Part shown: positions 10,961 to 20,654 of the stretch, in pieces
Position numbering within the stretch: the first letter of the stretch is position 1
How the letters are laid out: the number at the start of each line of letters is the position of its first letter
Source: an uncultured Bacteroidales bacterium
GTDB taxonomy: Bacteria; Bacteroidota; Bacteroidia; Bacteroidales; Muribaculaceae
Direction: 5' to 3'
NCBI GenBank assembly: GCA_900544535.1
Contig: UQVH01000001.1
Location: 682 to 64,681 of the forward strand
Length of the DNA: 64,000 nt
Notes under the pieces: model-generated
The model's database searches: none
What the model saw: the letters and a program-made list of their open reading frames with translations, nothing else
Told to the model about the DNA's origin: nothing
Translations under genes and position numbers: made by a program

Positions 10961-10968
10961 TGCAAAGT
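10961..10968 (-). promoter_or_regulatory. Candidate Bacteroidetes -7 box (TAACTTTG on the minus strand) for the pilus operon, with a ~300-nt leader
   Basis: Plus strand reads caaagtta; the reverse complement matches the TAnnTTTG consensus. Confidence 0.3.
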
Positions 10969-11086
10969 TAACTAAAAATCCGGATATAACACGGACAACC
11001 TGAGTCAATGCCACTAAAATTAAACATTTTTAATATTCCCCCCCGATTTCATTTATTTTTAACACTCTTTAACACATGGGCGCGAC

Positions 11087-12721
11087 TCATGCTTTTTCCG
11101 GTTCTTCGGCTCGGGCAAGCTCTTCTTCCGGGGGGAGCATGAACACGCCACGTATGGTCCGCCGCAATTCCCCCGAGAAGCCGTCACGACATTTCAGCGC
11201 CCCCAGGACTCCGCTTATATACGCGTCCTTGTTTTTGTAGCCCAGGAGCGTGGCCACCTGCGAGTCGGAAAGCATGGGCTTGTAATTGAACACGCGAAGC
11301 ACGGCCCCATAATCCCTGGCCCGGACTATGCTCCGGAACTCTTGCATCAGGCTCTCGTAATGGGTCCGCACATCTATTATGTCAGGCAGGGAGCGCAGAT
11401 GCCGTTCCAGCTCGTCTATGGTGCGCACGCGGGCGTCGCCCCGGCACTCGAGCAGCCGCTTCATGCGGTGACGCACATGCTGAAGCACCTGCTCGCGGAA
11501 ATGCGACTCGAACATCTTCAGCACCGAGTTGCGCACCTTGGAGACGACCTTCTCGGGATTCCTGCCTCGCTTGCGGGCCATGATGCTTATCACTCCCTCC
11601 ATCATGAATATGTTCTCGATCTCGGCCACCTCCGGCACCATCACATTCTTGCGCCGGAGATAGGCCACCTCCTCGTCGCTGCGGCGGTCCCGGTCCACAA
11701 TGCCGTAGCTGTCCAGATGATGGATCTGCTTCATGTCGCAAAACGAGCGGGTGGCCTCTATGACCTTGTTGCACGAGCCGAGCGGCCGCACGCTGTGGAA
11801 CGGGAACACAAGCGGATAGAGCTTGGCGTCGATGCTGTGGGTAGAGTCACCCTCTATGAACAGCACCGGCCTGCGGGTGCCCAACAGGCAGGCGGTGAGG
11901 TCGTCCGGCATGGAGCCGGGCGGCAACACCTCATAGTCCCACGCCTGCGCCGTCGTGTCCTGGGACTTTACCCAGATTATCACATTCTCGGTGCGTGAGT
12001 TCATGAACTCCACATCCGACGAATTGTATACAAACGTGCAGTCGGGACGCAGGCCCTCCACGGCGTTCCACACCACATGAAGCATGGCCGGATGCAGGAA
12101 CAGGCCCGGATTGTCCACGAATATGACACCCTCCTGCGGGGCATACAGCGCGGCGGCTATGTAATACAGCACAGTCTTCTCGGACGAGGACAGCTTGCTC
12201 GTAGAGATGAGGTCCGGCCCCCCGGGAGTCGAGAAGAGCAGTGTGCCTTGCTCGCGCATCACGGTGTTGTCAGGGAATATCTCCTGCCATATCCTCACCA
12301 GCGCGTCGAGCTTCGTAGGCTCCAGCCTCATGCGCCGCCCCTCAATCAAACTCTCCCCCTTCACTGACAGCAGATAGCGGAACTCGTCCTGGAACAGCAT
12401 TATGCCCAGGCGGTCCAGGTCCGTGGCAGGCTCGCCGCCTCCAAGATGCGAGGCGCGTTCCCTGTACAGGGACTCGACACTCCCGCCCGGCTCACAGCTG
12501 ATGGCGCCCAAAGCTGACACAGTGAAAGCTTTCGGTCCGAAAGCCTCCATGAGAGCGTACATGAACCGGGACTTGCCGGCGCCGGCGCCGCCGACTATGG
12601 CTATCTGCCGACTATGGGGAAACGAATCCGGGGCGTTCCCGTCCACACGAGGGGGCAACTTTATTTCATCCATGGCACAGAGAATTGATTCAGCCGTAAA
12701 GTTACAAAAAAAATCACACAA
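11087..12721 (-). CDS. OLD-family-like ABC-type ATPase fused to a DUF4435/Toprim-like domain; likely true start at MDEIK (12674)
   Basis: Walker A IVGGAGAGKS. ABC/OLD signature-like KLSSSEK. Walker B followed by LHP (VIFVDNPGLFLHP; DN instead of the canonical DE). C-terminal PVLFIEGDS...YGIVDRD resembles a Toprim E...DxD. An A8 tract at 12707-12714 lies upstream of the MDEIK start. Confidence 0.5.
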   Translation of the reverse strand: MCDFFCNFTAESILCAMDEIKLPPRVDGNAPDSFPHSRQIAIVGGAGAGKSRFMYALMEAFGPKAFTVSALGAISCEPGGSVESLYRERASHLGGGEPATDLDRLGIMLFQDEFRYLLSVKGESLIEGRRMRLEPTKLDALVRIWQEIFPDNTVMREQGTLLFSTPGGPDLISTSKLSSSEKTVLYYIAAALYAPQEGVIFVDNPGLFLHPAMLHVVWNAVEGLRPDCTFVYNSSDVEFMNSRTENVIIWVKSQDTTAQAWDYEVLPPGSMPDDLTACLLGTRRPVLFIEGDSTHSIDAKLYPLVFPFHSVRPLGSCNKVIEATRSFCDMKQIHHLDSYGIVDRDRRSDEEVAYLRRKNVMVPEVAEIENIFMMEGVISIMARKRGRNPEKVVSKVRNSVLKMFESHFREQVLQHVRHRMKRLLECRGDARVRTIDELERHLRSLPDIIDVRTHYESLMQEFRSIVRARDYGAVLRVFNYKPMLSDSQVATLLGYKNKDAYISGVLGALKCRDGFSGELRRTIRGVFMLPPEEELARAEEPEKA

Positions 12722-12906
12722 ACCCGCCCCCGATCAAAATGAATTGACTAATTTTGCATTCCTTCACACCAATTTAATTCCCGTTACGGCACAAATAGCC
12801 TGACTGCAACAAGAGAAATGAGTGACTTTTCTGATGGGGAACGCGTTGGTCACCGGGATTGTGGAGAGGATAGGGCTGCAGTTGTTGCGCTGGATGTGAC
12901 ATTTTG

Positions 12907-13806
12907 TCACAGCCAGGCGTTCTGGCGCTCGCGAACCGCAAGGGAATCACTGAGAAGGCGGATGAACTCCTGCATGGCCCGCTTGCGATAGGTCCCGCGA
13001 AGGGTGTGGACACACCCGGCCATCTCGTTGCCCGGGAAATCGAGGGGCACGGCCACCACTCCCCTCTCGTTGTGGATGGTGGCCTCGGCAAGCACAGACA
13101 CCAGCGATGTCTGACGTATTATCTTCAGCAAGATGTTGACCTCGTTCATCTCGATCTTTATGCGGAAATCGAGCCCCGGAATCGATATGCCGTCAAAGGC
13201 GGCCCGGGCCTGCAGCCCTTGGGAAGGGAGCGCCAGGTCGCATGCCGCCAGCTCGCTTAGGGTCAGGCTTTTCCTGGCGGCCAACGGATGATTTTCCCTC
13301 ACGATGGCGGCCAGATAGTTCTGGAACAGGATATGTGACTCGATATCGGGCAGCGGGCAGGTCGGCCGGAAGGCGAGCACGAAATCGGCCTTGCGCGTGC
13401 GGAGCATGTCCATAAGCTCCGCCATGGGCTTGTAGTGGATGTTCAGCTTGATGTCCGGATATTGCCTGCGAAATGTGATTATGGTCTCTGTGAGGATAGG
13501 ACTGAACGAATACGTGACGCCGATATTCAGTGTCCCGGTCCTCATGTTCGTGATGTCGGCTATGCGCGTCAGGCACTGGTCGGTGTCCTGGAGCGTGAGC
13601 CGGGCATAGGGAAGCATCTCGCGCCCTGTCTCGGTGAGGGAAACACTGTGGCTGTTACGTATGAAAAGCATAGTGCCCAGCTCCCCTTCCAGCTGCTTCA
13701 CCTGTTGTGAGAGCGTGCTTTGGGTCACGCACATCAGCTTGGCAGCCTCCGAGAAACTGAGCGTCTCGGCCACGCTCACGAAATATTTGAGTTGGCGTAG
13801 TTCCAT
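12907..13806 (-). CDS. LysR-family transcriptional regulator
   Basis: N-terminal HTH MELRQLKYFVSVAETLSFSEAAKLMCVTQSTLSQQVKQLE, followed by a LysR substrate-binding domain. Confidence 0.85.
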   Translation of the reverse strand: MELRQLKYFVSVAETLSFSEAAKLMCVTQSTLSQQVKQLEGELGTMLFIRNSHSVSLTETGREMLPYARLTLQDTDQCLTRIADITNMRTGTLNIGVTYSFSPILTETIITFRRQYPDIKLNIHYKPMAELMDMLRTRKADFVLAFRPTCPLPDIESHILFQNYLAAIVRENHPLAARKSLTLSELAACDLALPSQGLQARAAFDGISIPGLDFRIKIEMNEVNILLKIIRQTSLVSVLAEATIHNERGVVAVPLDFPGNEMAGCVHTLRGTYRKRAMQEFIRLLSDSLAVRERQNAWL

Positions 13807-13815
13807 AGTGCAAAT

Positions 13816-14316
13816 TTACATAATCTTATGGGTCCGGGTAGCCCGGAACGAAATTTTTTCAAACATGAACACCGGAAGCGTAGCTCCGACAGCCATGCTG
13901 AGGAGGATGCAAGCACAGGAGAAGCCGTTGTAGGCGAACTGGTAGAAATAGAAGCCGAAAGCCTCCTGCCCCTGGCTCAGCACGCTCATCGCGAATGCGC
14001 CGAATGTCTTATATGCGTAAATGCCCGGCACCATGGGCAGGAGCGAGGGGAACAGGTATGTCTCGGCCGGGACGGACGCAACCGGCGAGACGAGCACCGC
14101 GAGCACCCCGACCAGGAAAGAGGCCGCGAGAGTCGCGGATATGATGTGCATGTCCAAACCGAACCCCGGACTCATCAGGCAGAAACGCGCCGCATGCCCT
14201 ACGGCCGCTATCAACGCGCACCAGACATACGCCCTGGCCGGGGGACGGCTGATGGAGGAAAAACCGATAGCCGCAATCGCGGCGAACAATGCGTCTTGAA
14301 AAATTTGATTCCACAT
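13816..14316 (-). CDS. Threonine/serine exporter family protein, ThrE C-terminal half (DUF3815-like)
   Basis: Small polytopic membrane protein directly downstream of the DUF1212-like gene, the usual split-ThrE arrangement. Confidence 0.65.
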   Translation of the reverse strand: MWNQIFQDALFAAIAAIGFSSISRPPARAYVWCALIAAVGHAARFCLMSPGFGLDMHIISATLAASFLVGVLAVLVSPVASVPAETYLFPSLLPMVPGIYAYKTFGAFAMSVLSQGQEAFGFYFYQFAYNGFSCACILLSMAVGATLPVFMFEKISFRATRTHKIM

Positions 14317-14356
14317 ATTTTAATTCTCTAAAGAAGATGCGCGACACAAGGGTTAT

Positions 14357-15172
14357 TCAGAACATCCCGACCTGCATAAGCAGCATGGCGGCGCACAGGC
14401 CTCCCGAGAGGCAGCAGGTCATGACCACGGCATCGGCAAAGCGGCTGAAGGCGCATATATAATGCCTGTACAGCATGTCGCTGAACGAATTGAGGAACGG
14501 GATTCCCGGCACCAAATACAGGACGCTGGTGGCCAAGGCTGTCTGCGGTGTCCGGCTCAGCGGGAACAGCAGCCCCGTGCTTCCGAGAACGGCAGACACG
14601 AAAGCGCACACGAACCATATCACCCTGGCATCCACTTTCATGCGTGCCAGGCGACCTTTGAACCACAAGCCTGCCAAGGTGGCGAGGAACACGACAGCCA
14701 TGGCCATGAGATCCCCGCCGAAGAGGCGGCAGAACGCAGCGTTGGCACACGAGGCGAGGGGCAGCATGAGAGGGGACATCGCCTCCTTCTGGGCCTCGCG
14801 CATACGCTCGAGCGCCAAGGCGTAGTCCACATCCCCGTCGGCTATTTCCCAGCTCAGGCGGCTGAGAGACGTGTTGACCTCGTAGCTTATGGGCGAAACG
14901 CTCGTGGCAACGACAGACGTGACACATTCATCATGCCGCATATCCCTTACGCTCAGATGTATATGACGAGGCATAATGCTCATGTCCACCTCCACACGCC
15001 ACGCCGCCGCTATCCGGCTCACGTTTTTCTCCATCCGCACGCATGTGGCCCCGCACCCCAGCAGCAAGGCGCAATACTCGCCCAGGAAGGCCGATACCCG
15101 TGCCACATCAGGTGTTCTCATCATCATGGCTTCCATTGTCCAAGCCGGGCATACGCCGGTCTCCCGGCACAT
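14357..15172 (-). CDS. Threonine/serine exporter family protein, ThrE N-terminal half (DUF1212-like); start may be at MEAMMM (15136)
   Basis: Cytoplasmic N-terminal domain followed by TM helices. Paired with the downstream DUF3815 gene. Confidence 0.65.
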   Translation of the reverse strand: MCRETGVCPAWTMEAMMMRTPDVARVSAFLGEYCALLLGCGATCVRMEKNVSRIAAAWRVEVDMSIMPRHIHLSVRDMRHDECVTSVVATSVSPISYEVNTSLSRLSWEIADGDVDYALALERMREAQKEAMSPLMLPLASCANAAFCRLFGGDLMAMAVVFLATLAGLWFKGRLARMKVDARVIWFVCAFVSAVLGSTGLLFPLSRTPQTALATSVLYLVPGIPFLNSFSDMLYRHYICAFSRFADAVVMTCCLSGGLCAAMLLMQVGMF

Positions 15173-15542
15173 AAAATTCCTCCGCCTGGTCTCCGAGTGA
15201 GAAAATAGAGCGCCACCATTTTAATCTGGAGGCCAACGCACGCGCCAGCACGATTGCCGGCATCAGAAAGGACAGACCCGCCACGACACCCCATGTAATC
15301 CAGGAGATGACCGATACCGTGTGTAAAAGTATACTCATGTCAGTCACAATTTTAATTACGGTGCAAAGTTAGGAGCAATCCCCCTCTCGAAGGTTGCGCG
15401 GCCTACGAAATATACGATAGCGGCTATCGGCTTATGTCAACAAGTACTTTAAGCCGGAGACACGATGCAGCGGAGCCAGCGGAGAAATAATCCCTGTCTT
15501 GATTTTTCTCCGGTCATTACATGAATCTCAGATTTTTGTTGT

Positions 15543-15550
15543 AATTTTGC
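15543..15550 (+). promoter_or_regulatory. -7 box TAATTTTG, promoter for the riboswitch-led transcript
   Basis: Matches TAnnTTTG about 40 nt upstream of the riboswitch core. Confidence 0.4.
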
Positions 15551-15589
15551 AGCGCTGCCGGTGGCATTTCCGCCGGCAGATGCGTTGCA

Positions 15590-15830
15590 GGAGAGGCATC
15601 GCGCCGGACGGCTCCAGGGCCGTCCAGGGAACCGGGTGAGAATCCCGGACAGACCCGCTACTGTAAGTCCGCCAAGGCTCCGCGGAGGGAATGAGAATCG
15701 TTCCTCACCTCCACAGCGCCAACATGGCAACAGCTTCACGGCAATTTTTTATGGTCACTGCAAAAGCCCCCTTGCGAGGGCTGCGGGAAGGCCGCCGCGA
15801 AAGCCGGATAAGTCAGGAAACCTGCCGAAA
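15590..15830 (+). ncRNA. Cobalamin (B12) riboswitch
   Basis: Conserved core elements in the canonical order: AGGGAACCGGGTGAGAATCCCGGACAGACCCGCTACTGTAAG (15617-15658), GGTCACTGC...CGGGAAGGC (15750-15792) and the B12-box AAGTCAGGAAACCTGCC (15809-15826). This tracks E. coli btuB AGGGAAtCCaGTGcgAATCtgGaGCTGAC...CACTG...GGGAAG...GACCTGCC. Confidence 0.7.
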
Positions 15831-16068
15831 CAGACATCCCCCTGATTGCAGCTTTCGTGGACTAAAGCCGGCAACATCACTTTCACAAGCCCCTCCCGCC
15901 CCGCAGACCTCCGGATCTCTTCGTGCGGGCGGCCGCATGCACAGACGCCCTGATAAGGCTCTGCGGCGCACGACCGCCATTGGTTGCTTCCGATGCCGTC
16001 ACCCCGACTATCTGTAAAATCACGGATGTCAGAGTGGCGACCGTTTTTTATTAACCAATATCAATCAC

Positions 16069-19000
16069 ATGAAGATCAAATCTTTACTTCCTCTTTCCCT
16101 GACGCTGTTTGCCGCAGGGTGGGCTTCGGCTACCGACGTCACCGTGACGCTCAACACGACAAGCAAGGCGATGACATTCACCCCGGTTGCGGGCGGCGAG
16201 GCCGTGAACACCGGCGAACCGTCGACAGCATCCAGCCCGGTCTACAAATTCAGCTGCGATCCGGGCGACTATCTCGTCAGCCTCACCGATGCCGCCGGGG
16301 TTCCGACAGGCTCGATCGTGCTGACCGTCGAAGGCGAGTCGCAGAGCACCCGTATCTACAATGTCACTTTCTATGCGGCCAACAAGACCGACGGCGTAGA
16401 GTGGAAGCTCGGCACCGACTATGACATACCCTTCGATCGTATCAGCATCTCAGCCCAAAAAGGAGGCGCCCGCACCGTCACTCCGGTGAAATACACCACC
16501 TCCGCCCGCACAAGCGTGACCGTCCCCGCCCTTCAGGGCGACACCTATCAGGCTGTCTTCATCCCGCTCGGAGCAAATGCGGAAACCAACGCTCCAAGCA
16601 CCCAGAGCGGTACGGTAACGGGCAACCGATCTGTCTCCTGCACTCTGCCCGCTTACGTGAAATTCTCGCTGACAGCACCGAAAGACGCTGCTGTTGTCGT
16701 GGCCGAGAAACCCGGTTCGCGCCACTATGTCCCCTTCACCGAGTATGACCCCGTCTCAGCCATCGAATCGGGCAATGACATGGTCTATACTTACAGTCTG
16801 CCTCAGTCAAGCAACTACAACTACCGTGTATCGCGCAAAGGCAGCATCACCACAGCCGGAATTTTCGATCCCTCGAAGGGCGACATCACTGTCAGCGAAG
16901 CCGAGCTGAGCGCCTATACCTCGGATTATTACAATCACGACGTAACTGCCAACAGCGGCTACAACTATGCCGACATCTATCTCAACATCAATCCGCAGGG
17001 CCATCTTTTCATGAAGCCCGACGGAGAGTTTCACCTCGTCAACCTGCGCACATGGCAGCTGACCAACAGCGTGACAGCCAACTATTTCCTTGAACCTGAC
17101 TATCATTACACTGTGCTCAACACCGAATTCAAGCCCGACAACTCAGTGGTTGAGATCAGCGAAAAAGGTTTGCTGAAAGCCAAATCGGAGGGCACGGCCA
17201 TCGTGCAGGTGCATTACGATGCCATGAACGCCGAACTTGCAGGCGGTAAGCTCTGGAGCTGTATATGGGCCGAAAACGTCGGTACATTCGTCGTCACCGT
17301 AGGCGACAAGGCCGAGGGGATCAAGAGCAACATGAAGCTCCCCTACGAACAGCCCAACCGCACGGGCGAGATCGACGCCGAACATGATATTTTCTATTAT
17401 CCCGAAGGCGGCGACGGTTTCGACTTCACTTTCACCCCCGAAGGCGTATCGGCTGTGACAGTAGCCAATCCCTCGGTCGATCTCACTGCCAACACCCTCT
17501 CCTACCCCGACGGATTCTCGGCCAAAAACGTCACCAAGAACGCTGACGGCTCATATACGGTACATCTGACCTATGGCCGCAATATCGTCTGCCTGACTGA
17601 CGGCGCAGGCAAGAGCATCTATCAGGTAATGTCGGCCAAGCCCGTAAGCTATACTTACGGTCAGGAGATCCGCAATGACAAATATATCCTCCCCGGCGAC
17701 AAAGTTGTCGTGAACTACAAGGGTCTCTATCACGATGCAGGCAAACTTGCAGCCATCTACAACCAGGGGTGTACTCCGCAATATACCACAATTCCCGAAG
17801 GCTACGACAGCAAGAGTGTGGCAGGTTCAGGAGGACAGTATAATTTCGCCGCCCTGCAAAAGACCACCGTTACTCTCAAACCCGACCAGAAAGCAGGCAA
17901 ATTCGAACTCCGCGACGGACGTCTGACATTCGGCGGTTTCGGCGACAAACTCGGCGGCCACCGCGACATCGACTATCTGACGGGCCGCAACCCCAACTTC
18001 ACCGCTTCGGCACAAAGCCAGCTCGCGGGTGTGATCCCCGACATCTCGTTTGATACCGACGACTTCACTGACGGCATGGAGCTTTCCCTGCGCCTCGAAT
18101 ACGGCAAAAACGCCACTCCGGTGTCATTGGCCGCAGCCAAAGTGTTTCTCGGCGATGATATGACCATCACAAGCTCCGATGAAAAGGTGGCTACCGTGGA
18201 CGCCAACGGCAAGGTCGTTGCTGTCAAGGACGGCACGACAGTCATCACCTATTCAAGCGCCGCGGGCGACAAGAAATTCACCTGCAAAGTTGAAGTCTGG
18301 AGCGTCAAGGTCGAGGGAATCGCATTCAAAGATCCGGTATTTGAGGCCAAGGCATCGGCAACAGGTTACTCATCCATCAATCTCGGAGTGGTATGGACTC
18401 CGGCCAACGCGTCCAACAAAAATGTGACCTACAAGCTCTCCAACCCCGATGTCGTCGAACTGCGCGACGGAAGATATTTCTATACCCTCAAAGGGGTTGC
18501 CGGAGAAACCGAAGTGACGGCAACATCCGAGGACGGAGGCTATACAGCCTCATGCCGACTGATAGTCCGCATGAGCCTCAACAAACTTTCGCTTGACAAA
18601 TCCGAGGCCACTCTGACCGTCGGCGAGACTCTGACCCTCAATCCGGTGTACAAGCCTGAAAACACCGATCCGAAGTTCAGGGGCGTCATCTGGACTTCGA
18701 GCGATCCGAAAGTGGCAAACGTGGATGAAAACGGTCTTGTGACCGCTCTTGCAGAAGGTACAGCGACCATTCAGGCTACATCCGACCAAAGCTCTTACAA
18801 ATATGCCCGCGCCACCGTCACCGTGGTCAAGGACGAATCGGGTATCAAGAACGTCAGCACCGCCACGGTTGTCAAGGCCTGGCCGAACCCGTTCACCGAT
18901 TATATTATGGTGGAAAGCCCAGTGGCTGCTACCGCAGAGGTCTACAATCTCCAGGGCGCGCTGCTGATCAGCACCGGGATCGAGGCCGGACAGAACCGCA

Positions 19001-19077
19001 TCGACACCTCGGCTCTCGCACCGGGTCTCTACCTCGTGCGCATCGGCTCAGAAACCGTGAAGATGATACGCAAGTAA
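16069..19077 (+). CDS. Secreted cell-surface protein with tandem Big_2 (bacterial Ig-like) domains and a T9SS C-terminal sorting domain
   Basis: Signal peptide MKIKSLLPLSLTLFAAGWASA. Three Big_2-like repeats at ~aa 680-870. C-terminal AWPNPFTDYIMVE...VYNLQGALLI...LAPGLYLVRI...KMIRK matches the T9SS type A CTD. Confidence 0.75.
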   Translation: MKIKSLLPLSLTLFAAGWASATDVTVTLNTTSKAMTFTPVAGGEAVNTGEPSTASSPVYKFSCDPGDYLVSLTDAAGVPTGSIVLTVEGESQSTRIYNVTFYAANKTDGVEWKLGTDYDIPFDRISISAQKGGARTVTPVKYTTSARTSVTVPALQGDTYQAVFIPLGANAETNAPSTQSGTVTGNRSVSCTLPAYVKFSLTAPKDAAVVVAEKPGSRHYVPFTEYDPVSAIESGNDMVYTYSLPQSSNYNYRVSRKGSITTAGIFDPSKGDITVSEAELSAYTSDYYNHDVTANSGYNYADIYLNINPQGHLFMKPDGEFHLVNLRTWQLTNSVTANYFLEPDYHYTVLNTEFKPDNSVVEISEKGLLKAKSEGTAIVQVHYDAMNAELAGGKLWSCIWAENVGTFVVTVGDKAEGIKSNMKLPYEQPNRTGEIDAEHDIFYYPEGGDGFDFTFTPEGVSAVTVANPSVDLTANTLSYPDGFSAKNVTKNADGSYTVHLTYGRNIVCLTDGAGKSIYQVMSAKPVSYTYGQEIRNDKYILPGDKVVVNYKGLYHDAGKLAAIYNQGCTPQYTTIPEGYDSKSVAGSGGQYNFAALQKTTVTLKPDQKAGKFELRDGRLTFGGFGDKLGGHRDIDYLTGRNPNFTASAQSQLAGVIPDISFDTDDFTDGMELSLRLEYGKNATPVSLAAAKVFLGDDMTITSSDEKVATVDANGKVVAVKDGTTVITYSSAAGDKKFTCKVEVWSVKVEGIAFKDPVFEAKASATGYSSINLGVVWTPANASNKNVTYKLSNPDVVELRDGRYFYTLKGVAGETEVTATSEDGGYTASCRLIVRMSLNKLSLDKSEATLTVGETLTLNPVYKPENTDPKFRGVIWTSSDPKVANVDENGLVTALAEGTATIQATSDQSSYKYARATVTVVKDESGIKNVSTATVVKAWPNPFTDYIMVESPVAATAEVYNLQGALLISTGIEAGQNRIDTSALAPGLYLVRIGSETVKMIRK

Positions 19078-19104
19078 ACACCTATGTGAATATATATAAA
19101 GAAG

Positions 19105-19130
19105 AAGGCTGTCTCACGACAGCCTTTATT
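19105..19130 (+). terminator. Rho-independent terminator after the T9SS cargo gene
   Basis: AGGCTGTCtcacGACAGCCT hairpin followed by TTTATT. Confidence 0.5.
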
Positions 19131-19372
19131 CATTTAATAAACCAATCATTATCACATTTCTTGCAATGGAAAAAGTAATTTTGCTATGTACTTATTAAAC
19201 GCATGGCCGGAGCAATGGTTCACCGAAAATCAAAAAAATTTCTATTTATTTTTAATTTTTTTGCCAACATCCCTAAAAATCGCTAACTTAGCAATCTGAA
19301 AAAATCGGCGGAGAGGGCTATGTTTAACTCATTTTAGCACATATGTGCACGGTTATTGCCCGACCTCCGCAT

Positions 19373-19380
19373 TAACTTTG
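19373..19380 (+). promoter_or_regulatory. -7 box TAACTTTG for recA
   Basis: TAnnTTTG consensus ~38 nt upstream of the recA ATG. Confidence 0.4.
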
Positions 19381-19417
19381 CATCATAAACAATTAGACCA
19401 TAGAAACAAAAACCGAC

Positions 19418-20629
19418 ATGGAAAAGAAAAAGACTCCCATCAAGGCCCCGAAGGACAAAGAGCTCGACCCGATGAAGGCGAAACTCAATGCCCTCAACCA
19501 GGCGCTTGGAAACATAGAGAAAAACTTTGGCCGCGGGGCAATCATGAAACTCGGCGATGAAAACATCGAGGATGTGGAAGTGATCCCCACCGGCTCCATC
19601 GGACTTAACTACGCCTTGGGCGTCGGCGGCTATCCGCGCGGCCGAATCATCGAGATCTACGGTCCGGAATCGTCAGGCAAGACGACCCTTGCCATCCATG
19701 CCATAGCCGAGGCTCAGAAAGCGGGCGGAATCGCCGCCATCATCGACGCCGAACATGCCTTCGACCGCTTCTATGCCGAGAAATTAGGCGTGGACGTCAA
19801 CAACCTTTTCATGGCCCAGCCCGACAACGGCGAGCAGGCTTTGGAGATCGCCGAGCAGCTGATCCGCTCATCGGCTATCGACATACTCGTGATCGACTCC
19901 GTGGCCGCACTGACTCCCAAGAGCGAGATCGACGGCGATATGGGCGACAAGAACGTGGGTGTGCAGGCGCGTCTGATGTCGCAGGCCATGCGCAAGCTGA
20001 CCGGCACCATCTCCCGCACTAACACAACCTGTATATTCATCAATCAGCTGCGCGAGAAGATCGGCGTGATGTTCGGTCCGTCGGAAACGACCACCGGCGG
20101 CAACGCGCTGAAATTCTATGCTTCGGTGCGCATCGACATCCGTCCGAGCACAGCGATAAAGGACGGCGACGACGTCCTCGGCAAGCTGACCAAGGTGAAG
20201 GTGGTGAAGAACAAGGTTGCGCCTCCATTCAAGCGTGCCGAATTCGACATCATGTTCGGCGAGGGCATCTCGCGCAGCGGCGAGATCATCGACCTGGGTG
20301 TAGATCTCGGTATCATCAAGAAGAGCGGCTCATGGTTCTCGTATAACGACACCAAACTTGCCCAGGGACGCGACGCGGCCAAGCGCGTGATCCGCGACAA
20401 TCCTGAACTTGCCGACGAGCTGGAAGCCCTGATCATGGAGGCCCTCAAGGAGAAGGGGGGCAACCCCGCGGCCAGCAAGAAAAAAGCGGCCTCTGCCGAC
20501 AAGAAAGGCGCCTCAAAGGATAAGGATGATGCCGACGAACCCACAGCCGACGACATCAACGCCATTGCCGACGGCCTTTTTGACGACGAGGATCTCCCCG
20601 ACGATTTCTCGATCGAAGAAGACATCTAA
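19418..20629 (+). CDS. recA: Recombinase RecA with a long acidic C-terminal tail; alternative start at MKAKLN (19472)
   Basis: [23 protein letters not shown] Walker A, L1/L2 loops, and the [15 protein letters not shown] motif. Confidence 0.95.
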   Translation: MEKKKTPIKAPKDKELDPMKAKLNALNQALGNIEKNFGRGAIMKLGDENIEDVEVIPTGSIGLNYALGVGGYPRGRIIEIYGPESSGKTTLAIHAIAEAQKAGGIAAIIDAEHAFDRFYAEKLGVDVNNLFMAQPDNGEQALEIAEQLIRSSAIDILVIDSVAALTPKSEIDGDMGDKNVGVQARLMSQAMRKLTGTISRTNTTCIFINQLREKIGVMFGPSETTTGGNALKFYASVRIDIRPSTAIKDGDDVLGKLTKVKVVKNKVAPPFKRAEFDIMFGEGISRSGEIIDLGVDLGIIKKSGSWFSYNDTKLAQGRDAAKRVIRDNPELADELEALIMEALKEKGGNPAASKKKAASADKKGASKDKDDADEPTADDINAIADGLFDDEDLPDDFSIEEDI

Positions 20630-20654
20630 GAGAAACACACACATACCGAAAAAT

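Noticed and set aside
10650-11086. Invertible promoter (fim-switch-like) upstream of the pilus operon
   Set aside because: No flanking inverted repeats and no site-specific recombinase gene were found. Only a -7 box, a hairpin (GGAGGCCG...CGGCCTCC) and a C7 tract are present.
15108-15347. 79-aa minus-strand ORF overlapping the 5' end of the ThrE-N gene
   Set aside because: It overlaps a better-supported gene in another frame. It could be a genuine small membrane protein given the -7 box at ~15371, but the evidence is insufficient.
19080-19417. tRNA, small RNA or LexA box in the AT-rich recA upstream region
   Set aside because: No cloverleaf-compatible sequence and no clear palindromic operator. 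Only the terminator hairpin and promoter box are convincing.
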